Source: Spirochaetales bacterium
Lineage (GTDB): Bacteria; Spirochaetota; Spirochaetia; Treponematales; UBA12059
Assembly: GCA_016926955.1 (NCBI GenBank)
Contig: JAFGNN010000055.1
Location: 1 to 30,162, forward strand
Direction of reading: 5' to 3'
DNA: 30,162 nt
Shown here: in pieces, positions 15,396 through 24,363 of the stretch
Position numbering within the stretch: position 1 is the first letter of the stretch
Layout of the letters: the number at the start of each line of letters is the position of its first letter
The notes under the pieces: model-generated
The model's input: only the letters and a program-made list of their open reading frames with translations
Database searches by the model: none
What the model was told of the DNA's origin: nothing
Position numbers and translations under genes: made by a program

Positions 15396-16328
15396 ATGGA
15401 AGGAAACAACGTGCGGAACATAGCATTCTTCCTCGGCAAGGGCGGGGTCGGCAAGACGACGCTCTCGGCGGCCTTCTCGCTCGAACTCGCGAAGCGCGGC
15501 AAACGCGTCCTCGTCGTCTCGCTCGATCCGGCCCACAACCTCGGCGACGCGCTCGGCATCCGGCTTGTCGACAGACCCGAGCCGGTCCTCGAACGGCTCT
15601 TCGCCATGGAGATCGACCTGACCGCCTGGGTCGAGCGCTACCTCGAGGAAAGCCGCTCGGAGCTCAAAGCCCTCTATGCCTACAACTCGAGCTTCAATCT
15701 CGATTCCTTCTTCGACATCATGCGCTACTCCCCGGGCACCGAGGAGTACGCGATGCTCTGGGCCATCGAAAACGTGTACTGCGAGCTCTCGGCCGGCTAC
15801 GACGTCGTGGTGTTCGACACGCCGCCCACGGCGCTCTCGCTCCGCTTCCTGGCCCTGCCAACCATCTCGGGTCTCTGGGTGAATGAACTCACCAAGCTGC
15901 GCGAGCACATCCTCAAGAAAAGGCAGGTGATATCCCGGCTCAACCCCGAATCGCCGGTGGCCGCGAGCTGCGTCGACAAGGACGACGACCGCGTCCACGG
16001 CAAGCTCTCGCTCATCTCGAAGCGGCTCGGCGTCCTGCACCGGCTATTTTCGGAGGAAAGCTTCATCTCCGTCATCGTCAACCCGGACGTCCTGTCCGTG
16101 TCGGAAGCCATGCGCATCAAGGACGAGCTCGACCGCATCGGCATCGGCCTCCACGCCGCCTGCCTCAACAAGCGCGGAGCCTCCACGGCCGCGTGGCGGA
16201 TCGACGACGGCCTCAAGGCGCTTCCCCTTTTCGAACTCGATTACAAGCCCGAGGGCATACGCTCTCCGGACGATCTTTCGCGCGTCGACGTTTCCGCCCT
16301 CGCGGCGGAGTTCCTCGGCGTCGAATAA
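15396..16328 (+). CDS. ArsA/GET3-family P-loop ATPase, single-domain (310 aa).
   Basis: It has the deviant Walker A FFLGKGGVGKTTLSAAF, the ArsA/Get3 signature SLDPAHNLGDALG (DPAHSL-like) and the DTPPTA switch motif. An alternative GTG start at 15411 has GGAAGGA upstream. Confidence 0.8.
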   Translation: MEGNNVRNIAFFLGKGGVGKTTLSAAFSLELAKRGKRVLVVSLDPAHNLGDALGIRLVDRPEPVLERLFAMEIDLTAWVERYLEESRSELKALYAYNSSFNLDSFFDIMRYSPGTEEYAMLWAIENVYCELSAGYDVVVFDTPPTALSLRFLALPTISGLWVNELTKLREHILKKRQVISRLNPESPVAASCVDKDDDRVHGKLSLISKRLGVLHRLFSEESFISVIVNPDVLSVSEAMRIKDELDRIGIGLHAACLNKRGASTAAWRIDDGLKALPLFELDYKPEGIRSPDDLSRVDVSALAAEFLGVE

Positions 16329-16331
16329 GGA

Positions 16332-16979
16332 ATGGCACCCATGAACCCCCTTTTCGTAGGCGGCATCGCCGCGCTCGGCATCGCCGCCACAGTGCAGTAT
16401 TTCCTCGGCGTCAAGAAGAACCGATGGATATCCTCCCGCATCTCATCCGCCGCCGAGAAGACCTTCGCTCCGAAGGACACGAACTACGTCAACATAGGCG
16501 GGGCCATCGGCCACAACTTCACCTACAAGCTCAAGGATCCGTGGACCGAAGCGAAAGGAGCGATAACTCTAAGCCCGCGGCAGTCCATGCTCTACCTGCC
16601 CTTCTCGCGCCTCATCGGCTTCGGCGACCGCTTCTTCGCCAATCTGTACACCAAGCGGAAGATGCTCGGCGAGATGCACCTGGTCGAGGCGGGCCATCTG
16701 AAACGCGCGAAAATCGACGGCATCGACGCCATGCAGCGTCGGAGCGTCGAGAGGGGCGGCAAGCGCTTTGTCATCCTCTGGAAGGGGAAGGATGACACGA
16801 AGGTCCTCGACGATGCCCTGGCCGAGCTGCCGGATCCGGCCGCCCTGCGGCACTTCTGCTGCTTCCCGGACAACCGCACGGTGTTCTTCTACCTGGTGCC
16901 GCGCAGGGGCGACCTGGACGAAACCCTGCCGGTGCTCGAGCGCCAGGCCCGCGCCTGCATCCGAGAAAAGGAGTCCTGA
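16332..16979 (+). CDS. Hypothetical protein with an N-terminal membrane anchor (215 aa).
   Basis: The N-terminal helix is MAPMNPLFVGGIAALGIAATVQYFLGV. It shows strong GC3 bias and a CCFPD motif. It starts 4 nt after the ArsA-like stop, with an alternative ATG at 16341. Confidence 0.55.
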   Translation: MAPMNPLFVGGIAALGIAATVQYFLGVKKNRWISSRISSAAEKTFAPKDTNYVNIGGAIGHNFTYKLKDPWTEAKGAITLSPRQSMLYLPFSRLIGFGDRFFANLYTKRKMLGEMHLVEAGHLKRAKIDGIDAMQRRSVERGGKRFVILWKGKDDTKVLDDALAELPDPAALRHFCCFPDNRTVFFYLVPRRGDLDETLPVLERQARACIREKES

Positions 16980-16980
16980 G

Positions 16981-17253
16981 ATGGCCGACGAAGTCCGCGC
17001 CAGTATCGACGCGGCCCTGGCCTCGGTCATCGAGCCGCAGACCCTGGTCTCGGTGCTCGACCTGGGCTTCGTGGCGGGGGTGAGCTACTCGGAGACCGGG
17101 CGCCGCGTCATTCTCAGGCTCGCGGTGGAGGACCGGCGCTTCGCGTGCCCGGCCTGCAGCCTGGTCGACAGCCTTGCGGTCGAGGACATGGCGCGCCGCG
17201 TCCGCGAGGCGGTCGGCGCCGCCCTGCCCGGCTGGACCGTCGAGACGACCTGA
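16981..17253 (+). CDS. DUF59/MIP18-like (Fe-S cluster assembly-associated) small protein, 90 aa.
   Basis: VRASIDAALASVIEPQTLVSVLDLGFVAGVSYSETGRRVILRLAV resembles the DUF59 fold signature (V.DPE.G...V.LG.V). The ATG at 16981 is 2 nt after the upstream stop. Confidence 0.55.
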   Translation: MADEVRASIDAALASVIEPQTLVSVLDLGFVAGVSYSETGRRVILRLAVEDRRFACPACSLVDSLAVEDMARRVREAVGAALPGWTVETT

Positions 17254-17432
17254 AGGCGCTTCCCGTCCGGCCACGGAGGCCCGGGTACTCGGCCCGAATC
17301 AGAGGGCAAATCGTCCTTGTCTCTCCTTTTCCGCCCGGGGCGGTACACATTCGCCACCATCGGTGCTACCATGGGACGGCGGGAGGATACCGCGAGGCGT
17401 CCGCCCGAAATAAAACCGTACGGAGGACGCCG

Positions 17433-18461
17433 ATGAAACGCTTTAGCGTGCCGGCCCTGACGCTGCTCGCCCTATTCCTGGCGCTCGGTTGCGCGTCGAA
17501 ACCGCCCGCAACACCCGAGCCGGAGCCGGAACCCGCGATCGATATCGCCTCGCTCCGCGCCGAGACCGAGGCCCTGAAACAGGAAGCCTTCGAGCTCGGC
17601 CTCGGGGACACCGACGAGTACCGCGCCGCGAACGAGCTCTACGTGGCCGGCGTGAGCGCCCAGGACTCTGCCGACATCCCTGCCGCCGCGGCCAAGTACG
17701 AAGCCGCCCGGGACGCTTTCCGCGCCGCCATCGATTCAGGGCTCGCCCTGAAGGAGAAGTCGGCCAAGGCCAAGGCGCTGGCCGCCCGAGACGCGGCGGA
17801 GTCCGCCGGCGGCGACCTGGTCGCCCCCGACCGCATGGCCGCCGGAGCCGCCGCCTTCGCCGCCGCCGAGACGCTCTCGGCCGCCGGCAAGGCCGATGAG
17901 GCCGCCGCTTCCTACGAAGCCGCCCGCCTCGCCTGGTACAACGCCGAGACCAAGGCCAAGGCCCTGGCGGTCAAGGATCGCATCGACGAATACGACTGGT
18001 CTTCATACGACGCGGGCAACTACGGTCTCGCCGGCGAAAAGCTGGCGGCCGGCGACGCGCTCTTCCCCGGCGATCCGGACGGCTCCGTCGACGCCGTCGA
18101 GGAAGCGCTGCTCCGCTACAACCTGGTCCTCGACAAGGGCTTCGAGTACCAGGCGGGCGAACGTCGCGCGGTCTCCGAAAAGGAACGGCTGGCCGCCATG
18201 GACGTCAAGGCCGACGTGGCCGTGAAGGCCGGCTTCGACGACGCTCAGTCCGTCTACGACCGGGCGGTAGCCGCCTTCTCCGAGGGCGAATACGAGGAAG
18301 CCGCGAGGCTCTTCGAGGAATCCGAACGCCAGTTCAAGGCCGCCTGGGAGGAGGCCCTCGCCAAGCGCGAGGCCGCACTCGCCGCCATGGCCGATATGCA
18401 GGCCGCCCGCGAGGCCAGCGCCGAGTACGCCGCCGAAGCCGACGCGGCCGCCGGGAACTAA
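17433..18461 (+). CDS. Ala/Glu-rich helical lipoprotein (342 aa) with internal ~35-40 aa repeats.
   Basis: It has a signal plus lipobox MKRFSVPALTLLALFLALGCAS. The motif [DE]-Y-x(2)-A-x(3)-[YFW]-x(2)-A recurs. GGAGGA is at 17423-17428. Confidence 0.7.
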   Translation: MKRFSVPALTLLALFLALGCASKPPATPEPEPEPAIDIASLRAETEALKQEAFELGLGDTDEYRAANELYVAGVSAQDSADIPAAAAKYEAARDAFRAAIDSGLALKEKSAKAKALAARDAAESAGGDLVAPDRMAAGAAAFAAAETLSAAGKADEAAASYEAARLAWYNAETKAKALAVKDRIDEYDWSSYDAGNYGLAGEKLAAGDALFPGDPDGSVDAVEEALLRYNLVLDKGFEYQAGERRAVSEKERLAAMDVKADVAVKAGFDDAQSVYDRAVAAFSEGEYEEAARLFEESERQFKAAWEEALAKREAALAAMADMQAAREASAEYAAEADAAAGN

Positions 18462-18473
18462 GGAGGCAACGAC

Positions 18474-19166
18474 ATGAGGAAACCAGCCATAGCCGTCGCC
18501 GTCCTTCTTCTGGCCGCGGCAGCGCTCTTCGCGCAGGATTTTTCCGACAACGAATACCTGGTCAAGGCCCGCGAGTATGAATCCCTGGCCCGCCAGTCGT
18601 TCGACGAGGGCGATTACGACGCCGCCGCGGACTACGCGGCCCAGTCCAAGGAATTCTCGAGGCTTTCCGACGAGTATGTCGCCCGCATGCTCGCCCGTTC
18701 GGAAGCCTCGACCCGCATGGGCGCGCTCGAGACCCGCATCGCCGAGGTGGAAGGCTTCGCCAACGCCGAGGACCTGTTCGCGAACCTCGACGCCGCGCGC
18801 GCCAGCCTCGATTCGGCGGCCGCGAGCTTCGAGGCTGAGGATTACGTCGACGCCGCGGATTTTGCGGAAAGCGGCCTCATCGCGCTGGAAGGCCTTACCG
18901 AGTCGGGCGTCATGCCCGCGAGCTACGTGGTGCGCCTGCTGCTGCCGACCCGCGAGTGCCTCTGGCGCATCGCGGCCTACCCGTGGGTTTACAACGACAA
19001 GTCAAAGTGGCCCCTGCTCTGGGAGGCCAACCGCGACACCTTCGAACAGCCGGACAATCCGCACCTGATCGAACCCGGCCAGGTGCTGGTCATCCCGAGC
19101 CTCGCGGGCGAACTCCGCTCGGGCGCATGGGATCCCGAGGGCGAATACCCGGCCTTCGGCGAGTAG
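18474..19166 (+). CDS. Secreted LysM-domain protein (230 aa) with N-terminal repeats related to the upstream lipoprotein.
   Basis: It has the signal MRKPAIAVAVLLLAAAALFAQ. The C-terminal LysM-like segment is YVVRLLLPTRECLWRIAAYPWVYNDKSKWPLLWEANRDTFEQPDNPHLIEPGQVLVIP. RBS AAGGAGG lies upstream. Confidence 0.75.
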   Translation: MRKPAIAVAVLLLAAAALFAQDFSDNEYLVKAREYESLARQSFDEGDYDAAADYAAQSKEFSRLSDEYVARMLARSEASTRMGALETRIAEVEGFANAEDLFANLDAARASLDSAAASFEAEDYVDAADFAESGLIALEGLTESGVMPASYVVRLLLPTRECLWRIAAYPWVYNDKSKWPLLWEANRDTFEQPDNPHLIEPGQVLVIPSLAGELRSGAWDPEGEYPAFGE

Positions 19167-19199
19167 GACGACGGCTTCCGCCCGGACGGGCGGAAGCAT

Positions 19200-19236
19200 A
19201 AAAAAAGGGAAGGCCACGCGGCCTTCCCTTTTTTTG
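19200..19236. terminator. Bidirectional rho-independent terminator (AAAAAAAGGGAAGGCC-acgc-GGCCTTCCCTTTTTTT) shared by the convergent LysM and aminopeptidase genes.
   Basis: It has a perfect 9-bp stem, a 4-nt loop, and an A-tract and T-tract on either side. Confidence 0.85.
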
Positions 19237-19276
19237 TCGCCACACGAGGGCTCCGCGGGCGGCGAAGCGCGCCGGG

Positions 19277-20590
19277 TCAGTAAAGTTCCGGTCCCCGGTC
19301 GAAAAGCTTGCGGAGCGCGGCGATCATCCACTCGTGGTCCCGGGCGCCTATCGTCTCGCGGATCGAGTGCATGGCGAGAAGGGGCGCGCCGACGTCCACG
19401 GTGCGGATGCCCGTGAGCTTCGAGGAGATCGGGCCGATTGTCGAGCCGGGCGTCTGGTCGGCGCGCACCTGGAATTTCTGGCAGGGCACGCCGGCCTCGG
19501 CGCAAAGCGAGCGGAAGGCAGCTTCCGAGAGCGCGTCGGTGGCGTAGCGGAAATTGGCGTTCGCCTTGACCGCCGGCCCCGCGTTCAGGGTCGGGCCGTA
19601 GGTCTCGTCGTACTTGTCCGCGTAGGACGGATGCCAGCCCTGGGCGGCGTCCACAGAGACCGAGAAGCTGCGGGCGATGGCGCGCTTGAACCCCTCGCCG
19701 CCAGAGCCCAAGGCTCCCGAAATCCGTTCCAGCAGGTCGCGGAGGTAGACGCCGTCGGCGCCCTGGAGCGTAGCGGAGCCGACTTCCTCGTTGTCGAAGA
19801 AAACCGCTACCTGGGCGTGGGGTTTCGCCTCCGCGAGACGGAATGCCTGGAGTATGGCATGGCAGCCGGCAAGGTCGTCCGCTCGCCCGGAGTTCACGAG
19901 CTCCGCGTCGGGTCCGAAGGCAATCGCTCGCTGGGCGTCCACCAGGAAGAGTTCCGTTCCCAACACCTCGGCGGGATCCACGCCGAGCTCCGCTGCCACA
20001 GCCTGGAGCGCCCAGGGCGCGCGCTCCTGATCCGCCGCTTCCTCCGCCGGCCAGGCGCAGAGCGCCGGAAGATGGTTCTGGGCGTTGTACTCGAAGCCTT
20101 TATTGACCTCGCGGTTCAGGTGTATGGCCAGGTTGGGCACCACCGCGACCGGGCGGGCCAGGTTGACGAGCCGCGCCTCGGCGCGTCCGTCCTTGCCGCG
20201 AACCGCCACACGGCCCGCGAGCGAGAGCGGCCGGTCGAGCCAGGTCGAAACGATGGGTCCTCCGTAAATCTCTACGGCGATCCGTTCGGAGCGCCGGGCG
20301 CGCAGCGCCTTTTCCGGCCGCACGCGCAGGGCCGGCGCGTCGGTGTGCGCCCCGGCTATGGCGAAGCCCGAGTCCTCGGGCAGGGCTGTGCCCGGGCGGA
20401 AGGCGATGACGCTCGAACCGTTGCGGTCGACGTAGTAGGTCTTGCCAGCCTCGAGCTTCCAGGCCGCGCGCTCGTCGAGGCGGACGGCGCCCGAGGCGCG
20501 CAGGGCGGCAGCTATGGAATCGGCGGCGTGGAAGGCGGTGGGCGAGGCGTCGAGGAAGTCGCAGAGGGCGCGGGAGGCGGCGGCGGTCAT
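19277..20590 (-). CDS. M18-family aminopeptidase (aspartyl aminopeptidase-like), 437 aa.
   Basis: It has a family-typical length and motifs (GAHTDAPALRV, VAVFFDNEEVGSATLQGADG, MHSIRETIGARD). Only the 3' 1314 nt of the 781-aa track ORF is real. The ATG is at 20590. Confidence 0.8.
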   Translation of the reverse strand: MTAAASRALCDFLDASPTAFHAADSIAAALRASGAVRLDERAAWKLEAGKTYYVDRNGSSVIAFRPGTALPEDSGFAIAGAHTDAPALRVRPEKALRARRSERIAVEIYGGPIVSTWLDRPLSLAGRVAVRGKDGRAEARLVNLARPVAVVPNLAIHLNREVNKGFEYNAQNHLPALCAWPAEEAADQERAPWALQAVAAELGVDPAEVLGTELFLVDAQRAIAFGPDAELVNSGRADDLAGCHAILQAFRLAEAKPHAQVAVFFDNEEVGSATLQGADGVYLRDLLERISGALGSGGEGFKRAIARSFSVSVDAAQGWHPSYADKYDETYGPTLNAGPAVKANANFRYATDALSEAAFRSLCAEAGVPCQKFQVRADQTPGSTIGPISSKLTGIRTVDVGAPLLAMHSIRETIGARDHEWMIAALRKLFDRGPELY

Positions 20591-20646
20591 CGTAGGGGCA
20601 CCTCGGGTGGGTAAGTCGCCGCCGCGGCGCGATCGGCGCGGCTCGA

Positions 20647-21042
20647 CTATACCACGCGGCCGGCCGGCGGACAAGTTTCGGAGTGCGCTGGTTCTCTGCC
20701 AGTCCGGCCCGGCAGCCGGTCCAGGAGCCGCCTCGCCTCCACCCAGGCTGACACGAGCTCGGAGCGGACTTCGGCTATGGTCGCGAGCGCCTCTCGCAGT
20801 TCGCCTTCGGATTCGGCGCGTTCCGCGACCAGGCGCTCGCAGGCCTCCGCGAGCGGCAGACGGCGGCATTCCACCAGGCGGCGGATGCCGAACAGGATCT
20901 GGAGGTCGCGCTCGGCGTAGACGCGGCGTCCCGAGTCCCCGCGCCGCGGCGAAAGGAGGGGCACGGCGGCTTCCCAATGCCGGAGCGTGCGGGACGGGAC
21001 GCCGAGCAGGCGCTCCGCCTCTCCCGTCCCGATGGGGCGCAT
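20647..21042 (-). CDS. MerR-family transcriptional regulator (131 aa). Its ATG directly abuts the der stop (TAGATG).
   Basis: The N-terminal HTH is GEAERLLGVPSRTLRHWE...GRRVYAERDLQILFGIRRL, followed by a C-terminal coiled-coil. Confidence 0.75.
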   Translation of the reverse strand: MRPIGTGEAERLLGVPSRTLRHWEAAVPLLSPRRGDSGRRVYAERDLQILFGIRRLVECRRLPLAEACERLVAERAESEGELREALATIAEVRSELVSAWVEARRLLDRLPGRTGREPAHSETCPPAGRVV

Positions 21043-22482
21043 CTAGGGCCGCTCGTCCTTGGCCCCGCGCTCCTCCCACTTGGTCCGCGAGGCGCGGATC
21101 TCCAGCCGCAAGGGTATGAGCGCCATGCCGAGGTCTTCGCGCATGCGGTTCCGGAGATAGGTGGCGTAGGAGTCGAGCACCGCCTCGGGGCGCGAGACGA
21201 AGAAGGCGAAGCGCTGGGGATTGATCGAAAGCTGGGTCGCATAGCGCACCTTGAATTTGGTGCGGGTGGCGACGGGCGGCGGGTAAGCCTCCACCCATTC
21301 CTCGACTTTTTTGTTGAGCTTCGAGGTTTCGATCTTCTGGTTGAGCTGCGAGAACACCTGCGCCGCCATGTCCAGCAGTTTCGGCACGCCCTCGCCGGTC
21401 TTGGCCGAGAGCGCCAGCACCGGCGCGAAGGCCATCTGGCCGAAGAAGTACCGGAGCTTGTCCCGCGCGGCCTCGAAGCCGTTCTTGACGCCGGGCACGG
21501 CGTCCCACTTGTTCAGGGCGAAAATGATGCCCCGGCCCTTGTCCTCGGCCAGGGCCGCGATCTTCTTGTCCTGGTCGGAGAGCCCTTCCTGCGCGTCGAT
21601 CATCAGGATGACCACGTCGCATTCGTCGATGGCCTTGATGGCACGGTTGACGGAGTAGTATTCGACCGCCTCGAAGACCTTCTTCTTGCGACGGATGCCG
21701 GCGGTGTCCAGCACCGTGAACGGCTTGCCCTTCCAGACGAAGCGGCCTTCCACCACGTCGCGCGTGGTGCCGGGGATGTCGGATACGATGGAACGCTCGG
21801 AACCGCTCAGGCGGTTGAGCAGGGTGCTCTTGCCTACGTTGGGTTTGCCCATGATGGCGACCCGGACATCGTCGTGCGCGTCCGGATACTCCTCGGCCTT
21901 CGAGAAGTCGAGGCGGGCCAGGAGCAAGGCCTCGAGCTCGTCGAGACCGCGGCCGTGCTCGGCGCTGACGGCCACCATGCCGGAAAAGCCGAAGCGCGCG
22001 TACTCGAAGATCCAGGGGTCGCGCTCGGGCGAGTCCGCCTTGTTGCCGACCAGCACCACCTTGCCCGCGTAGCGGCGGAGCACGGCGGCGAATTCCTCGT
22101 CCTCGGGCGCCATCTTCGCGACGTCGACCAGGAATAGGATGAGGTCGGCCTTCTCGAGATACGAGAGGCTCCTGGCCACCACCTGGTCGTCGAGGACTTC
22201 ACGGTCGAGCTTGTAGCCGCCGGTGTCGACCAGGGTGATCGGCTTCTCGATCGAACGGAGCATGCAGACGGATTCGATCGGATCGCGGGTGACGCCGGGG
22301 GTCGGGTCGACAATGGCCTTGCGCTTGCGGAGCAGGCGGTTGAACAGGGTCGACTTGCCGACGTTGGGGCGGCCGACCACGGCCACCACGGGCAGGTTGC
22401 GCCAGGCGGTGCGGACTGAGGGCTCGGCGCTTTCCGCCATGTCGACTGCTTTCTCGTCCTGGGCGCTTCGGGACTTCTTCAT
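21043..22482 (-). CDS. der: Ribosome-biogenesis GTPase Der (EngA), 479 aa.
   Basis: It has two G domains (GRPNVGKSTLFN, GKPNVGKSTLLN; DTGG/DTAG; NKAD/NKWD) and a C-terminal KH-like domain. Confidence 0.95.
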   Translation of the reverse strand: MKKSRSAQDEKAVDMAESAEPSVRTAWRNLPVVAVVGRPNVGKSTLFNRLLRKRKAIVDPTPGVTRDPIESVCMLRSIEKPITLVDTGGYKLDREVLDDQVVARSLSYLEKADLILFLVDVAKMAPEDEEFAAVLRRYAGKVVLVGNKADSPERDPWIFEYARFGFSGMVAVSAEHGRGLDELEALLLARLDFSKAEEYPDAHDDVRVAIMGKPNVGKSTLLNRLSGSERSIVSDIPGTTRDVVEGRFVWKGKPFTVLDTAGIRRKKKVFEAVEYYSVNRAIKAIDECDVVILMIDAQEGLSDQDKKIAALAEDKGRGIIFALNKWDAVPGVKNGFEAARDKLRYFFGQMAFAPVLALSAKTGEGVPKLLDMAAQVFSQLNQKIETSKLNKKVEEWVEAYPPPVATRTKFKVRYATQLSINPQRFAFFVSRPEAVLDSYATYLRNRMREDLGMALIPLRLEIRASRTKWEERGAKDERP

Positions 22483-22540
22483 GTGGGGTACTTCTCCGGG
22501 TATATGGCGAAATCCGCCGTGACGGCGGGCCTGTTCCTTG

Positions 22541-24289
22541 TCAGCGAAGGAGGACGCCGACCTCGGGATCGAGCCGCTCTCGGAGCAGGCGGTCGATCTC
22601 CAGGGGCGAGCCGAGCGAGAGCGCTTCGTCCGCGAGGGCGCGGGCCCGTTCCATGGAGACGGATCGGACGAGCCTGCGCACCTCGGGGATGCTGACCGAA
22701 GACATGCTGAACTCGTCGAGCCCGAGCCCGAGAAGGAGGGCGGCGGCGTAGGGGTCCGAGGCCATCTCGCCGCACATGCCGGCGGGAATGCCGGCCGCGT
22801 GCGCCGAATCGATGGTGAAGCGCACGAAGCGCAGCACCGCGGGATGGAAGGGCTGGTGCAGGTAAGCCACCCGCTCGTTGCCGCGGTCGACGGCGACTGA
22901 GTACTGGATGAGGTCGTTGGTGCCGATCGAGAAGAAGTCGGAGTGGCGGGCCAGGATGTCGGCGGTCATGGCCGCGCTCGGCACCTCGATCATGATGCCG
23001 ACCTTGACGTCGGGATCGAAGGCCTGTCCGGCGGCCTTGAGCTCGTCCTTCGCCTCGCCGAGGGCATCGAGGGCCTCGTCCAGCTCGGCGGCGCCGGAGA
23101 TCATGGGGAACATGACGCGGACCTCGCCGTGCACGGAGGCGCGAAGGATGGCGCGGAGCTGGGCGTGGAAGACGTCCTTGCGGGAAAGGCAGAAACGGAT
23201 GGCTCGCCATCCCAGCAGGGGATTGCGCTCCTCGAGCTCGGCCAGTTCGGGCAGGGCCTTGTCGCCGCCGATGTCGAGGGTACGGATGGTGACCGGCTTT
23301 CCCGCCATGGTCTCGACCACCCGGCGGTAGGCGCCGTACTGCTCGTCCTCGTCGGGAGGCCCTCCCTCGCGCCCGAGGAAGAGGAACTCGGAACGGAAGA
23401 GGCCCACGCCGTCGGCGCCGTGCTTGAGGGCGCTCTCGGCCTCGTCCGGAACCTCGATGTTGGCCTTGACGAGGACGCGGCGGCCGTCCGGGGTCTCGGC
23501 GGGCAGGAAGGCGACGGCCAGCAGGTCGCGTTCGCGGGCGGCGAAGCGCGCGCCCTTGCTCAGGAAGGCGGAGACCGAGGACTCGTCGGGGCTGACTGTG
23601 ACGACGCCGGAGAATCCGTCCACGGCGAGCTTCGTGCCGGAACGGATCTCGCGGGCGGCCGAACCGAGGCCGAGCACGGCGGGTATCTCGAAGGCGCGCG
23701 CGAGGATGGCCGAATGGCTGGTCTTTCCGCCGGCCTCCAGCACGATGGCCTTGACCGCCTTGCGGTTCATGGTCATGAGGTCGGAGGGAAGCACGTCGCG
23801 CGCGACGATGACGCACTCCTCGACGAGGTCGCCGAGGCGGAAGCGCTCTTTCTGCAAAAGATGGCCGAGCACGCGGCTCACGACGTCGCGGATGTCGGCG
23901 GCGCGCTCGCGGAACATGGCCCCGTCAAGGCGGCCGAGCTTCTCGACCAGGTCGCGTTCGACCTGCAGTATCACCTGCTCGACGTTTCTGAGCGTGTCCT
24001 TGAGCGAGGCCTCGAGCTTGTCGATGACGTCGGGGTCGTCCATCATGAGGAGATGGGTGTCGAAGATCGCGCCCTTGTCCTCGCCCATCTCCTCGCGGGC
24101 CTTGTCCCGGAGCTCGATAATTTCGGTGCGGGCGCGCTCGAACGCCGCGAGGAGCCGTCGCCATTCTTCGGCGACATCCTCCTCCCGGATGCCGTAGTCC
24201 GGCACCGAGCCGTCCGCGTCGTCGACGAGGACGAAGGCCGGAGCCACGGCTATGCCCGGCGAAGCGGGAATGCCCCTGAGCTCCTTCAT
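22541..24289 (-). CDS. ptsI: Phosphoenolpyruvate-protein phosphotransferase (PTS enzyme I), 582 aa.
   Basis: Motifs include the N-terminal MKELRGIPASPGIAVAPAFVL, the phospho-His region GGKTSHSAILARAFEIPAV and the PEP-utilising FSIGTNDLIQYSVAVDR. The ATG is at 24289, and the first 65 aa of the track ORF are artefact. No ptsH is adjacent. Confidence 0.9.
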   Translation of the reverse strand: MKELRGIPASPGIAVAPAFVLVDDADGSVPDYGIREEDVAEEWRRLLAAFERARTEIIELRDKAREEMGEDKGAIFDTHLLMMDDPDVIDKLEASLKDTLRNVEQVILQVERDLVEKLGRLDGAMFRERAADIRDVVSRVLGHLLQKERFRLGDLVEECVIVARDVLPSDLMTMNRKAVKAIVLEAGGKTSHSAILARAFEIPAVLGLGSAAREIRSGTKLAVDGFSGVVTVSPDESSVSAFLSKGARFAARERDLLAVAFLPAETPDGRRVLVKANIEVPDEAESALKHGADGVGLFRSEFLFLGREGGPPDEDEQYGAYRRVVETMAGKPVTIRTLDIGGDKALPELAELEERNPLLGWRAIRFCLSRKDVFHAQLRAILRASVHGEVRVMFPMISGAAELDEALDALGEAKDELKAAGQAFDPDVKVGIMIEVPSAAMTADILARHSDFFSIGTNDLIQYSVAVDRGNERVAYLHQPFHPAVLRFVRFTIDSAHAAGIPAGMCGEMASDPYAAALLLGLGLDEFSMSSVSIPEVRRLVRSVSMERARALADEALSLGSPLEIDRLLRERLDPEVGVLLR

Positions 24290-24363
24290 GTGTCGCTCCA
24301 ATCTAGCAGAAGCCCCCGAAGGTGTCAAACCGCCGCCCGGCCTGCCCCACCCCATGAAAAGGC

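Noticed and set aside
17264-17272. Third locus of the GAACCACGGAGGCACGGAG repeat (the partial match ...GCCACGGAGGCC...).
   Set aside because: Only a 9-10-nt core matches, with no flanking purine/pyrimidine arms or inverted partner. This is consistent with a chance occurrence in 30 kb of GC-rich DNA.
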